DNA of 42,096 nt. It comes from an uncultured archaeon. GTDB lineage: Archaea; Hadarchaeota; Hadarchaeia; Hadarchaeales; WYZ-LMO6. Position 1 is the stretch's first letter, and each line of letters starts with the position of its first letter. Positions 18,554 through 28,077 of this stretch are shown one piece after another. The position numbers were made by a program, and so were the translations under genes. The stretch covers positions 1-42,096 of the forward strand of contig CALJER010000043.1 in assembly GCA_938074535.1 (NCBI GenBank), read 5' to 3'. The notes under the pieces were generated by a model that was not told the origin of the DNA, searched no databases, and saw only the letters and a program-made list of their open reading frames with translations.

Positions 18554-19057
18554 ATCCTAGTCCGACTGGAGCTGGAGCTGGAAGACGTACCCGGTCAGCT
18601 GGTGAGGGCCCTAGAGCCCATCTCTAGGTTTGGAGGCAACATCAAGAGCGTGGTCCACAGACGAGAGAAGAAGACCAAACTGGGTCTGGTTCCCGTCACG
18701 GTGGTTCTGGAGATAGGCGACAGGAGCAGGTTCAGGAGGGTGCTTTCCGAACTGAGGGCGCAGGGTGTCAGGATCACGCATGTGGGGGAGAAGGAAGAGC
18801 TCAGCAAGAAGGTGGTTCTGATAGCGGGGAGGATGAGGGTGGAGGACCTCAGGGAGATAACGGAGGAGATGGGAAGGGTGAGCGGGGCGAAGGTCTCGGA
18901 CATGAGGCTTTCCATGGGTGAGAGGGGGGAGATGGCGGTGCGTTTGAGGCTCAACGGCAGGGACGAAAGGGTTTTGGAGGAGGCCCTCTCCCTCCTGGAG
19001 AGGCTTTCGGGGGAGAAGGGGCTTCTCCTTCTGAAGGCGGTGGAGGAAGGGCCTTGA
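18554..19057 (+). CDS. ACT-domain protein (homoserine dehydrogenase-associated)
   Basis: LELEDVPGQLVRALEPIS ACT start extends upstream of GTG 18602; overlaps hom start; true start uncertain. Confidence 0.8.
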   Translation: MLVRLELELEDVPGQLVRALEPISRFGGNIKSVVHRREKKTKLGLVPVTVVLEIGDRSRFRRVLSELRAQGVRITHVGEKEELSKKVVLIAGRMRVEDLREITEEMGRVSGAKVSDMRLSMGERGEMAVRLRLNGRDERVLEEALSLLERLSGEKGLLLLKAVEEGP

Positions 19058-20055
19058 AGCTCATCGTAGTCGGCTTCGGGAACCTGGGCAGGGCCCTCGT
19101 CAGAATTCTCTCCGAGAAGAAGGAGTTCCTGGAGAAGAGGTACGGACTCTCGCCCAGGGTGAGCGCCGTGGTCGACGAATACGGGGCGCTCGTGAGGGAG
19201 GAGGGAGTCCCCTTCAGGGAGCTCATCGAGCTGGCGGAGAAGGGCAGGGTGGTGGGCGGGAGGAGGATGAGCGGAAGGGAGGTGATAAGGGAAGTGGAGG
19301 GTGAGGTGGTTTTTGAACTCACCCCCACCAACATAGAGACGGGCGAGCCAGGCCTGAGCCACATAAGGGAGGCCATGCTTTCCGGGAAGCATGTGGTGAC
19401 CTCCAACAAAGGCCCTCTGGTGGTGGCCTTCAGGGAACTGGAGGAGCTCTCCAGGAAGAGGTCCGTGGAGTTCAGGTACTCTGCCTCGGTGGGTGGAGCC
19501 ATACCCGTGATAAACTTGGCCAGAAGGGTTCTCGCCGGGAACAGGATTCTGGCTATACGTGGAGTGCTTAACGGCACCACCAACTACATTTTAACGCGCA
19601 TGAGCCAGGAAGAAGTTCCCCTCGACATCGTCCTCAGGGAGGCCCAGGAGCTGGGGATAGCGGAGAAGGATCCGAGCTTGGACCTGGAGGGTGTGGACAC
19701 GGCCTGCAAGATAACCATCCTGGCCAATGCGGTGCTGGGCAGGAACGCGAAGCTGAAGGAGGTGAAGAGGGAGGGGATCATGCGCGTCACCCCCCAGGTA
19801 ATGCGCCTGGCCCAGGAGGCGGGATTCACGGTGAAGCTGGTGGGCACGGCCAGCGAGAGCGTGCTGGAAGTGGCGCCCAGGCTGGTGCCCGTTCATCACC
19901 CCCTGGCCGTCAGCGGCACCCTCAACGCGGTTTCCCTGGAGCTCGACCTCGCCAGGGAGATAACCATCACTGGGTTCGGGGCAGGGCCGCGGGAGACCTC
20001 CAGCTCCCTCCTGGGTGACCTGGTGGACATCCACCAGACCCTCTCTGGGAAATAG
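19054..20055 (+). CDS. hom: Homoserine dehydrogenase
   Basis: GFGNLG, VVTSNKGP, ASVGGAIP, GVLNGTTNYIL, AQELGIAE.DP, GAGP. Confidence 0.95.
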   Translation: MKLIVVGFGNLGRALVRILSEKKEFLEKRYGLSPRVSAVVDEYGALVREEGVPFRELIELAEKGRVVGGRRMSGREVIREVEGEVVFELTPTNIETGEPGLSHIREAMLSGKHVVTSNKGPLVVAFRELEELSRKRSVEFRYSASVGGAIPVINLARRVLAGNRILAIRGVLNGTTNYILTRMSQEEVPLDIVLREAQELGIAEKDPSLDLEGVDTACKITILANAVLGRNAKLKEVKREGIMRVTPQVMRLAQEAGFTVKLVGTASESVLEVAPRLVPVHHPLAVSGTLNAVSLELDLAREITITGFGAGPRETSSSLLGDLVDIHQTLSGK

Positions 20056-20098
20056 CCGCGACTCGAAAGGCTATTAACTCGTGTGTGAAGGGGGGAAG

Positions 20099-21328
20099 AT
20101 GGCTGCTTGGTTCGAGTACCGATGCATAGAGTGCGGGGAGAGGAGGGACCCCCACCAGAAGCTCTACGAGTGCCCCCGCTGTGGGGGTTTGCTGGAGATT
20201 GAGCTGGACCTGGAGCAGGTCTCGGAGAAGCTGGATCGGAGGAAGTTGGAGAGGGAGCCCATACGTGTTTGGAAGTACCGCCCCTTCCTGCCGGTGGAGG
20301 ATGAGAGCAAGGTGGTAACGCTGGGCGAGGGCGGGACTCCCCTTTACCGCTGCAGGAAGCTGGAGGAGAAGCTGGGGCTCAGAGAGATACGCGTGAAGTA
20401 CGAGGGAGCCAACCCCACGGGCTCCTTCAAGGACAGGGGCATGACGGTAGGGGTCACCAGGGCGCTGGAGTTGGGGGTCAAGACGGTGGTCTGTGCTTCC
20501 ACGGGCAATACCTCAGCCTCCCTGGCGGCTTACGCAGCCAGGGCCGGGCTTCGGTGTTTGGTGCTTCTCCCTGCCGGGAAGGTGGCCATGGGGAAGCTGG
20601 CGCAGGCTCTGGTATATGGTGCCCGGGTGCTGGCCGTAAGGGGGAACTTCGACAGGGCCCTCTCCCTGCTGCGGGAGATATGCCTGGAGAGGGAGGACTT
20701 CTACCTTCTCAATTCCCTCAACCCCTTCAGGCCCCAGGGGCAGAAGACCATAGGTTTCGAGATAGCGGAGCAGATGGGGTGGGAGGCTCCGGAGAGGGTG
20801 GTGGTGCCCATGGGGAACTGCGCCAACATATGGGCCATCTATAAGGGATTCCTGGAGCTCCAGAAGACTGGGCTGGTGGGGAGCATACCCAAGATGACCG
20901 GCATTCAGGCCGAGGGGGCGAAGCCCATAGTGGATGCCATCAAGAGGGGTCTCGAGAGATTCGTCCCCGTGGAGAACCCGGAGACCATAGCCACGGCTAT
21001 CAGGATAGGGAACCCCGTGAACGGTCCCAAAGCCATAAGGGCGATAAGGAGGTCGGGAGGAACGGCGGAGAGCGTGACGGACGAGGAAATCGTGGAGGCC
21101 CAGCTCATGCTGGCCAGGTTGGAGGGAATAGGGGTGGAACCCGCCAGTGCAGCGGCTTTGGCAGGGCTTAAAAAGCTGGTGGAAGCAGGTGAGGTGGACA
21201 GGGACGAGAGGGTGGTATGTGTGGCCACGGGCAGCGTGATGAAGGATCCCGAGGAGGCGGTGAGGGTTTCGGAAGGCGCGGTGGAGCTGGAGGGAGAGAA
21301 GGAGGAGATACTGGGGGCGGTGAGGTGA
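20099..21328 (+). CDS. thrC: Threonine synthase
   Basis: N-terminal Zn ribbon, NPTGSFKDRG, ASTGNTS, GQKT, EPASAA. Confidence 0.95.
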   Translation: MAAWFEYRCIECGERRDPHQKLYECPRCGGLLEIELDLEQVSEKLDRRKLEREPIRVWKYRPFLPVEDESKVVTLGEGGTPLYRCRKLEEKLGLREIRVKYEGANPTGSFKDRGMTVGVTRALELGVKTVVCASTGNTSASLAAYAARAGLRCLVLLPAGKVAMGKLAQALVYGARVLAVRGNFDRALSLLREICLEREDFYLLNSLNPFRPQGQKTIGFEIAEQMGWEAPERVVVPMGNCANIWAIYKGFLELQKTGLVGSIPKMTGIQAEGAKPIVDAIKRGLERFVPVENPETIATAIRIGNPVNGPKAIRAIRRSGGTAESVTDEEIVEAQLMLARLEGIGVEPASAAALAGLKKLVEAGEVDRDERVVCVATGSVMKDPEEAVRVSEGAVELEGEKEEILGAVR

Positions 21329-22629
21329 GGGGGAGGACCCCCAGGGAGGCCTTCGAGCGGACCTTCGAACTCCTTAGACAGCACCACGAGTGGATGGAGA
21401 GGACCATCAACCTCATCGCCAGCGAGAATGTCACGAGCCTCGCCGTGAGGGAGGCCCTGCTCACGGACTTTCAGCACAGGTACGCCGAGGGCTGGCCGGG
21501 CGAGAGGGTCTACGCGGGGTGCAAATACATAGACCAGGTTGAGCTTCTGTGCATAGAGCTGGCGAAGGAACTCTTCAGAGCGGAGCATGTGAACGTGCAG
21601 CCCGTTTCAGGGGTGGTGGCCAACCTAGCGATGTACACCACCCTCACGGAGCCTGGTGACAGGATGATGTGTCTTGCCATTCCCGCGGGGGGCCACATAA
21701 GCATGGGGAAGAAGAAGCTGGGGGGGACGGCTGGAGCGGTTCACGGGCTGGAGGTGGAGAACTGGCCCTTTGACGAGAAGAAGATGAACATAGAGGTGGA
21801 CGCGGCCATCAGGAAGGTTAGGGAGTTCAAGCCCAAGCTCCTCCTCTTCGGAGGTAGCGTTATGCTCTTTCCGCATCCCGTGAAGGAGTTTCAAGAGGTG
21901 GCCCAGGAGGTGGGAGCATACATAGGATATGACGCCGCCCACGTGGCCGGGCTGATAGCGGGGAAGCAGTTCCAGGAGCCACTCAGGGAGGGTGCGGACG
22001 TAATGACCTGCAGCACCCACAAGACCCTTCCTGGGCCCCAGCACGGAATGATCATGTGCAGGAAGGAACTGGCGGAAGCGGTCAACAGGGCGGTGTTTCC
22101 GGGTGTGGTGAGCAATCACCACCTCCACTGCGTGGCGGCACTGAACGTGGCGCTTGCAGAGATGCTCGAGTTCGGGAGGGAGTATGCGAGGCAGATAGTG
22201 AGGAACGCCAGGGCCCTGGCGGAGGAGCTTTACGAAGGCGGGCTGAGGGTAATAGGTGCTGATCTGGGTTTCACCTCTTCCCACACCATTTTGGTGGAGG
22301 TGGTGAAGGAGGGAGGGGGAAGGGAGCTGGAGGAGAAGCTGGAGAAGGCCAACATTCTGGTCAATCGCAACCTCTTGCCCTGGGACATCAGGGAGGGCAG
22401 ACACTACCAAAACCCCGGCGGGATTAGACTGGGGGTTTCGGAGGTCACCAGGCTGGGGATGAAGGAGGAGGAGATGGGAAGGGTGGCAGAGTTCATCCTC
22501 AGGGTGGTGAGGGGGGAAAACCCGGGCAGGGTGGCTGCCGATGTTGAGGAGTTCAGAAGGGGCTTTAACAGGATCCACTACGCCTTCGATTCGGCGGCGG
22601 AGGCTTATCGATACATAAAACTCAGGTGA
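21325..22629 (+). CDS. glyA: Serine hydroxymethyltransferase
   Basis: LIASEN, YAEG, GGHISM, YDAAHVAGL, STHKTLPGP, GIRLG. Confidence 0.95.
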   Translation: MRGRTPREAFERTFELLRQHHEWMERTINLIASENVTSLAVREALLTDFQHRYAEGWPGERVYAGCKYIDQVELLCIELAKELFRAEHVNVQPVSGVVANLAMYTTLTEPGDRMMCLAIPAGGHISMGKKKLGGTAGAVHGLEVENWPFDEKKMNIEVDAAIRKVREFKPKLLLFGGSVMLFPHPVKEFQEVAQEVGAYIGYDAAHVAGLIAGKQFQEPLREGADVMTCSTHKTLPGPQHGMIMCRKELAEAVNRAVFPGVVSNHHLHCVAALNVALAEMLEFGREYARQIVRNARALAEELYEGGLRVIGADLGFTSSHTILVEVVKEGGGRELEEKLEKANILVNRNLLPWDIREGRHYQNPGGIRLGVSEVTRLGMKEEEMGRVAEFILRVVRGENPGRVAADVEEFRRGFNRIHYAFDSAAEAYRYIKLR

Positions 22630-22861
22630 CCCAACGGGTCCGTGATGGGGCGGTAACTTCGGGTCACCTCTCTGGGAGAAGCCCTTTTTTGTTACACCGA
22701 CTGAAACGCGGTAGAAAGTCGGGAGGGAGGTGGAAAAGATATGCGTCCAATTTTTATGGAGGTAAAAAAATTTCACCGTCCTAAAAAAAGAGAATTCTTT
22801 TTTGTCACCGATGGGGAGATAAGAGCTCTCTTCGGACCGACGGTTAAGCGGGGGGAAACTC

Positions 22862-24886
22862 TTGGAAGAACTTGCCGGGGCTGAGGAGGAGCTCAAGGAG
22901 AAGTTGAGGGAGTTCTTCTCCCGCAGGAAGATCAGAAAAGAGCTGGAGGCTGCTCAGGCCGCGGGGAAAACCTCTTTGGTGGTGGAGTTCGATGACCTGA
23001 TAGCCCACGAGAAGGGATTTCTGGCCGACTCCCTGCTGAAGTCCCCGCATCGCTTCTTCCGTGTAGCGAACGAGCTGCTGGCCGAAGAGAGCGGCAACCC
23101 GAAGATGCAGCTGAGGGTGAAGGGGTCAGGAGAGGTCGTCAAAATTCGCAACTTGAGGGCGGGGCACGTGGGGAAGTTCATACAGGTGGAGGGCATTCTC
23201 ACGAGGGCCAGCGAGATAAAGCCAGAGATAAGGGAAGCCCTCTTCAGGTGCCTGCACTGCGGAGAGCTTAACTCGGTTCCGCAGAGCGAGGAGATTTTCA
23301 GGGAGCCCCTCAGCTGTCAGAACCCCAACTGCAGGAGAAGAGGTCCCTTCAAGCTGGAGGTGGAGAAGTCGGAGTTCAGGGACTGGCAGAGCCTCAGGGT
23401 TCAGGAGAAGCACGAGGAGCTGAGGGGAGGACGCATGCCCATGATGCTGGACTGCATCGTGAGGGACGACCTGGTCGACGTAGCGGTTCCGGGCAATCAT
23501 GTGGTGATGAGCGGGATTCTGGAGGTCTTCCAGGAGAGCGTCAAGCAGAGGAAGATGAAAACCTTCAGAAAGGTGCTCTACGTTTCCCACCTGGAGGTTT
23601 TGCAAAAAGGGGTGGAGGAGACCGAGCTCACGGAGGAGGACGAGAAGAAGATAAAGGAATTGATCAAGGATCCTTGGTTCTACCACAACGTCATCAAGTC
23701 CGTGGCGCCCAGCGTGCACGGTTACGAGGCGGTGAAGGAGGGAATAGCCTTGATGCTCTTCGGCTGCGATCCCCTGGAGCTTCCGGACAGGACCAGGATA
23801 AGAGGGGACATCCACATCCTCCTCACTGGAGATCCAGGCGTGGCGAAGAGCATGCTTCTCTCCTGGACGGCCAACGTGGCTCCGAGGGGCCTGTACACCT
23901 CCGGGAAGAAGGCCACGGGAGCGGGGCTGACGGCGGCGGCGGTCAGGGATGATCTCGGAGGCGGGTGGACCCTGGAGGCGGGTGCGCTGGTGATAGCCGA
24001 CGGTGGGGTAGCATGCATAGACGAATTTGACAAGATGGCGGATGAAGACAGGAGTGCCATCCTGGAAGCGTTGGAGCAGCAGACGATTTCAGTGGCCAAA
24101 GCCGGAATAGTGGCCACCCTCAACTCTAGAACCTCCGTGCTCGCAGCCTCCAACCCCAAGATGGGCAGACTGGACAGGAACCGCAACCTGGTCCAGCAGA
24201 TAGGTCTGGAGCCGGTGATCCTGTCCAGGTTCGACCTCATCTTCATCATAAGGGACGAACCGCACGGGGAGACCGACAAGAAAATTGCGAAGCACATGCT
24301 GGAGCTTCACAGGAAGCCGGAGATAGCCAGACCCCCCATAGACTCCGAAATGCTGCGGAAGCTGATCATCTACGCTAGGAAGCACATCCACCCCAAGTTG
24401 AAGGACGAGAAGGTGATCAAGAGGATGGAGGAGTTCTATGTCAAGTACAGGAGCGTGGCGGAAAGGGGGGAGCCGGTGCCCATCACCCCCAGGCAGCTTG
24501 AGTCCATCATAAGACTGGCCAAGGCCAGCGCCAGGATGCACTTCAGGGAGGAGGTGACGGAGGAGGATGCGAGCAGGGGCATAGAGCTCATCTCCAAGTA
24601 CCTGCAGGAGGCAGGCGTTGACACCGCCACGGGAAAGGTGGATATAGACTCCATCATCACGGGGAAGACCAAGAGCCAGAGGGACAAGGCCCAGAAGGTG
24701 ATGGACCTCATAGGGGAGTTGGAGAACAAGCACGGCGGCATGGCCCCGATAGAAGAAATCGTGCAGAGGGCCAAGGGGGAGGGAATAGAGGAGAGCTTCG
24801 TTCTCAAGTGGATAGAGGGAGAGAAGAGGGAGGGTTTCCTCTACGAGCCCAAGACAGGTTACGTGACGAGGGTGTTTAAAGGATGA
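22862..24886 (+). CDS. mcm: MCM replicative helicase
   Basis: Zn finger, GDPGVAKS, IDEFDKM, LSRFDL, ITPRQLES, C-terminal winged helix; no intein. Confidence 0.97.
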   Translation: MEELAGAEEELKEKLREFFSRRKIRKELEAAQAAGKTSLVVEFDDLIAHEKGFLADSLLKSPHRFFRVANELLAEESGNPKMQLRVKGSGEVVKIRNLRAGHVGKFIQVEGILTRASEIKPEIREALFRCLHCGELNSVPQSEEIFREPLSCQNPNCRRRGPFKLEVEKSEFRDWQSLRVQEKHEELRGGRMPMMLDCIVRDDLVDVAVPGNHVVMSGILEVFQESVKQRKMKTFRKVLYVSHLEVLQKGVEETELTEEDEKKIKELIKDPWFYHNVIKSVAPSVHGYEAVKEGIALMLFGCDPLELPDRTRIRGDIHILLTGDPGVAKSMLLSWTANVAPRGLYTSGKKATGAGLTAAAVRDDLGGGWTLEAGALVIADGGVACIDEFDKMADEDRSAILEALEQQTISVAKAGIVATLNSRTSVLAASNPKMGRLDRNRNLVQQIGLEPVILSRFDLIFIIRDEPHGETDKKIAKHMLELHRKPEIARPPIDSEMLRKLIIYARKHIHPKLKDEKVIKRMEEFYVKYRSVAERGEPVPITPRQLESIIRLAKASARMHFREEVTEEDASRGIELISKYLQEAGVDTATGKVDIDSIITGKTKSQRDKAQKVMDLIGELENKHGGMAPIEEIVQRAKGEGIEESFVLKWIEGEKREGFLYEPKTGYVTRVFKG

Positions 24887-25410
24887 AGGTCCACTGCACG
24901 GTCAGGAAGGATTTTGAGGCGGATCTGGGCGGCGGCCCATCCTCCTGGAGGGAGGGAGAAAGGGTCGAGCTGGAGCACTGGCAGATGAGGGTGCTGAGGA
25001 GGCACGGGCTGGCGGAGCCCCTCAACCCGCTGGGACTGGCCGCCGTGAGGAAGCTCCTGCTCCTGGAGGGTAAACAGCCGGGGCTCCAGCCCCTTCCGCA
25101 GGGTTTCTACGCGCTGCTGGCGGAGGAGATAGAGTACCGCAGGGAGAGGGGGGAGGAGGAGGCGGAAGAACTCAGGAGGGCGGCGGAAGATTTCCTGGAG
25201 CTGCGCCTGCAGAAGCTCGTGCGTTTGGCCCCCTTTCCCTCCCAGGCCAAGGGTGCCCTGCCGGAGGAAAGGGTGCTCTTGGAGGAGCTGGGCAGGGGGA
25301 TAGAGGAGTGGAGAAAGTGGATGAGTAAGAGGTTGAAGGTGGGGGAAAATGAGGGAAGGAGAACTCTTCGGGAGCTGGACGGAGAGAAGCCAGATCTTCA
25401 GGAACCGTGA
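24883..25410 (+). CDS. GINS subunit (Gins23-like, B-A domain order)
   Basis: ATGA-coupled to mcm; LQPLPQGFY, LRLQKL, LPEER motifs. Confidence 0.75.
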   Translation: MKVHCTVRKDFEADLGGGPSSWREGERVELEHWQMRVLRRHGLAEPLNPLGLAAVRKLLLLEGKQPGLQPLPQGFYALLAEEIEYRRERGEEEAEELRRAAEDFLELRLQKLVRLAPFPSQAKGALPEERVLLEELGRGIEEWRKWMSKRLKVGENEGRRTLRELDGEKPDLQEP

Positions 25411-26608
25411 GCTTCTCCGGCCCAGCTACCTGCCCGAGAGGCTCCCACACAGAGAGGAGCAGATCGGGAGGCTGGCGAGGATTCTATCCTTTCCCCTGAG
25501 GGGTGAGACCCCCTCCAACGTCTTCATCTACGGGAAGACGGGGACCGGTAAGACGGCTACCGTGAGGTACGTGCTGGGAGAGCTGGAGAAAATGGGGAGA
25601 AAGCTGAACCGGGGGATAAAGGGGATTTACCTGAACTGTGAGAGGGTGAACACCAGGTACCGCGTGCTGGCTACCCTCACCAACTCCCTCCTGAACGGCA
25701 CCTCCTCCGTCCCCACGACCGGCTGGCCCATCGATGTGCTGTACGAGACCTTCCTCAGGGTGCTGGACTCGGAGGAGCGCGTGCTGATCATAGTGATGGA
25801 CGAGGTGGACCGGATGGTGGTGAAGAAGGGGGATGAGGTGCTCTACGACCTCACCAGGGTGAACTCGGAGCTGGAGAGGGCAAAGGTGAGCGTGATAGGG
25901 ATCTCCAACGATGCCAGGTTCACCCACTACCTGGATCCGCGCGTGAGGAGCAGCTTGGGGGAGGAAGAGCTGGTGTTCCCCCCCTACGACGCCCTCCAGC
26001 TGAGGGACATCTTGGAAGAGAGGGCTTCCGGGGCCTTCCAGCCCGGGGCTCTGGAAGGGGGGGTTCTCTCCCTCTGTGCGGCCCACGCGGCGAGGGAGCA
26101 CGGTGACGCCAGGAGGGCGCTGGATCTCCTGAGGGTTGCGGGTGAGCTGTCGGAGCAGGAGGGAGCGATGCGTGTTACGCTGGAGCACGTGAGAAGAGCC
26201 TACGAAAAGCTGGAGGAGGACAAGATGGTGGAAATCGTCCGCACCCTCCCCAGCCAGTCCAAGCTGCTGCTCTTCAGTCTTTTGCTCCTGGTGGAGAGGG
26301 GTGCGGAAAAGGTGACCACGGGGGAGGTCTATGAGGCTTACCGGAGGGTGAGCCTCCAGAAGGGCCTGGATCCCCTCACCCCCCGCAGGGTGAGCGATCT
26401 TCTCTCGGAGCTTGAGATGCTGGGGGTGGTGAGCACCAGAATCCTCAACAGCGGCAGGTACGGCAGGACCAAGGAGATTTCCCTCAACCTCCCCACACGG
26501 CAGCTCAGAAAGATGCTGGAGGGGGATGGGATGCTCCTCCCCCACACCGTTTCTCTTCTTCGCCAGGCGAAGCTTGGGGGATGGGAATGGACGGGGGAAG
26601 CCTGGTAA
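25349..26608 (+). CDS. cdc6: Orc1/Cdc6 replication initiator
   Basis: YLPERLPHRE, GKTGTGKT, MDEVD, LDPRVRSSL, HGDARRALD, GRYGRT wing. Confidence 0.96.
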   Translation: MREGELFGSWTERSQIFRNRELLRPSYLPERLPHREEQIGRLARILSFPLRGETPSNVFIYGKTGTGKTATVRYVLGELEKMGRKLNRGIKGIYLNCERVNTRYRVLATLTNSLLNGTSSVPTTGWPIDVLYETFLRVLDSEERVLIIVMDEVDRMVVKKGDEVLYDLTRVNSELERAKVSVIGISNDARFTHYLDPRVRSSLGEEELVFPPYDALQLRDILEERASGAFQPGALEGGVLSLCAAHAAREHGDARRALDLLRVAGELSEQEGAMRVTLEHVRRAYEKLEEDKMVEIVRTLPSQSKLLLFSLLLLVERGAEKVTTGEVYEAYRRVSLQKGLDPLTPRRVSDLLSELEMLGVVSTRILNSGRYGRTKEISLNLPTRQLRKMLEGDGMLLPHTVSLLRQAKLGGWEWTGEAW

Positions 26609-28077
26609 GAAAATTCCAAGAGGCGCAGATGTGCCTCACTCCGGAGGCCCTCAGGCTCCTGGAGGGGAGGGGGGAGGAGGAGGCGGAGAAGGTGCTTTTG
26701 GCCCTCAGGGGGAAGGAGTTCATCGTCACCCAAGAGCTCGTGAGGAGGGTCCTGGAACCGGCGCCAGAAGTTCAGGAGGAGGGGAGGATGGAGCTCTCCC
26801 ACACCAGCTTCAAACCTCTGGCGGCGGAGGTGGAGGCCAGGGTGGAGGTGCTGAGGGACGTCACGGGAAAGAGCTACAGCAGGGGGGAGGTGAAGGACTT
26901 TCTCAACCTCTTCCTGGACAGATACGAGAGGCTGAGGGGCCTCCTCAGGGAGAGGAGCGACTACGCGGATGCACTGCCGCTGAGGGAGCTGAGGGGGATG
27001 GAGGAAGGGGAGCTGGTGAGGGTGGTGGGGATGGTGGCGGAGAGGAGGGAGACGGCAGGGGGACACCTCCTCATAAGGCTGGAGGACCCCACGGGACAGG
27101 CGGCGGTCTGGGTCTTCAGGGGAAAGAGCGAGGAGCTCATGGAGAAGGCAGCGGAGGTCGTGCCCGACGAGGTGATAGGGGTGGAGGGGACGGTGCGCTC
27201 GGGGGACAAGCTCCCCAGGATAGTGGCCAGGGACATAGTATGGCCCGACCTGCCCGTGCGGGCAGCCGCCAACAGGGCCGAGGAGCCGGTCTGCGCCGTC
27301 CTCATCTCGGACCTCCACGTGGGGAGCAAGATGTTCCTTCGTGGGACCTTTGAGAAGTTTCTCAGCTGGCTGGAGGGGAAGGTGGGGAAGGCTTCTCAGA
27401 GGGACATGGCGAGCAGGACGAAGTACCTCGTGGTGGCGGGCGACCTGGTGGACGGAATAGGGATCTATCCCCAGCAGGAAGAGGAGCTCTATCTCGACGA
27501 CATCTTCCAGCAGTACGAGGAGGTGGCCAGATTGCTGGAGAGGGTGCCCGATTACATAAAGATCATCCTCGCACCGGGGAACCACGACGCGGTCAGGCCC
27601 TCCGAGCCCCAGCCAGCGATTCCGCGGGAGGTGGGGGGGAGACTGTACGACCTGAACTCGGTGATGGTGGGCAACCCCGCCTGGGTCTCCCTGCACGGGG
27701 TGAAGTTCCTGATTTACCACGGTAGGAGCTTCGACGACTTGGCTTCCACCCTGCCGGGAGAAGGCAGGAACGAGGTCTCCTCCATGATGATAAGGCTTCT
27801 GAAGAAGAGGCACCTAGCTCCCATGTACGGGGGGAAGGTGGCGGTGGTGCCGGAGGAAAGGGACTTTCTGGTCATAGACGAGGTCCCCGACGTGCTTCAC
27901 TGCGGGCACATCCATATCTCGGGGCTCGGGAAGTACAAGAAGGTCTGGGCCGTTAACTCCGGGACCTTCCAGGGGATGACGAGCTACATGAGGGAGAGGG
28001 GTATCGTTCCCACTCCCGGGAGGGTGACGGTGATGGACCTCCAGAAGAACCATCCCTGGGTGATAGATTTTGCCTGA
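26581..28077 (+). CDS. polB: DNA polymerase D small (proofreading) subunit DP1
   Basis: OB fold, ISDLHVGS, GDLVDGIGIYP, PGNHD, YHGRS, RHLAP, GHIH, NSGTFQ. Confidence 0.96.
   Translation: MGMDGGSLVRKFQEAQMCLTPEALRLLEGRGEEEAEKVLLALRGKEFIVTQELVRRVLEPAPEVQEEGRMELSHTSFKPLAAEVEARVEVLRDVTGKSYSRGEVKDFLNLFLDRYERLRGLLRERSDYADALPLRELRGMEEGELVRVVGMVAERRETAGGHLLIRLEDPTGQAAVWVFRGKSEELMEKAAEVVPDEVIGVEGTVRSGDKLPRIVARDIVWPDLPVRAAANRAEEPVCAVLISDLHVGSKMFLRGTFEKFLSWLEGKVGKASQRDMASRTKYLVVAGDLVDGIGIYPQQEEELYLDDIFQQYEEVARLLERVPDYIKIILAPGNHDAVRPSEPQPAIPREVGGRLYDLNSVMVGNPAWVSLHGVKFLIYHGRSFDDLASTLPGEGRNEVSSMMIRLLKKRHLAPMYGGKVAVVPEERDFLVIDEVPDVLHCGHIHISGLGKYKKVWAVNSGTFQGMTSYMRERGIVPTPGRVTVMDLQKNHPWVIDFA

Noticed and set aside
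22642-22704. Possible C/D box sRNA (GTGATGG...CTGA)
   Set aside because: Imperfect C box, no convincing D'/C' boxes, and an internal T-run typical of a terminator
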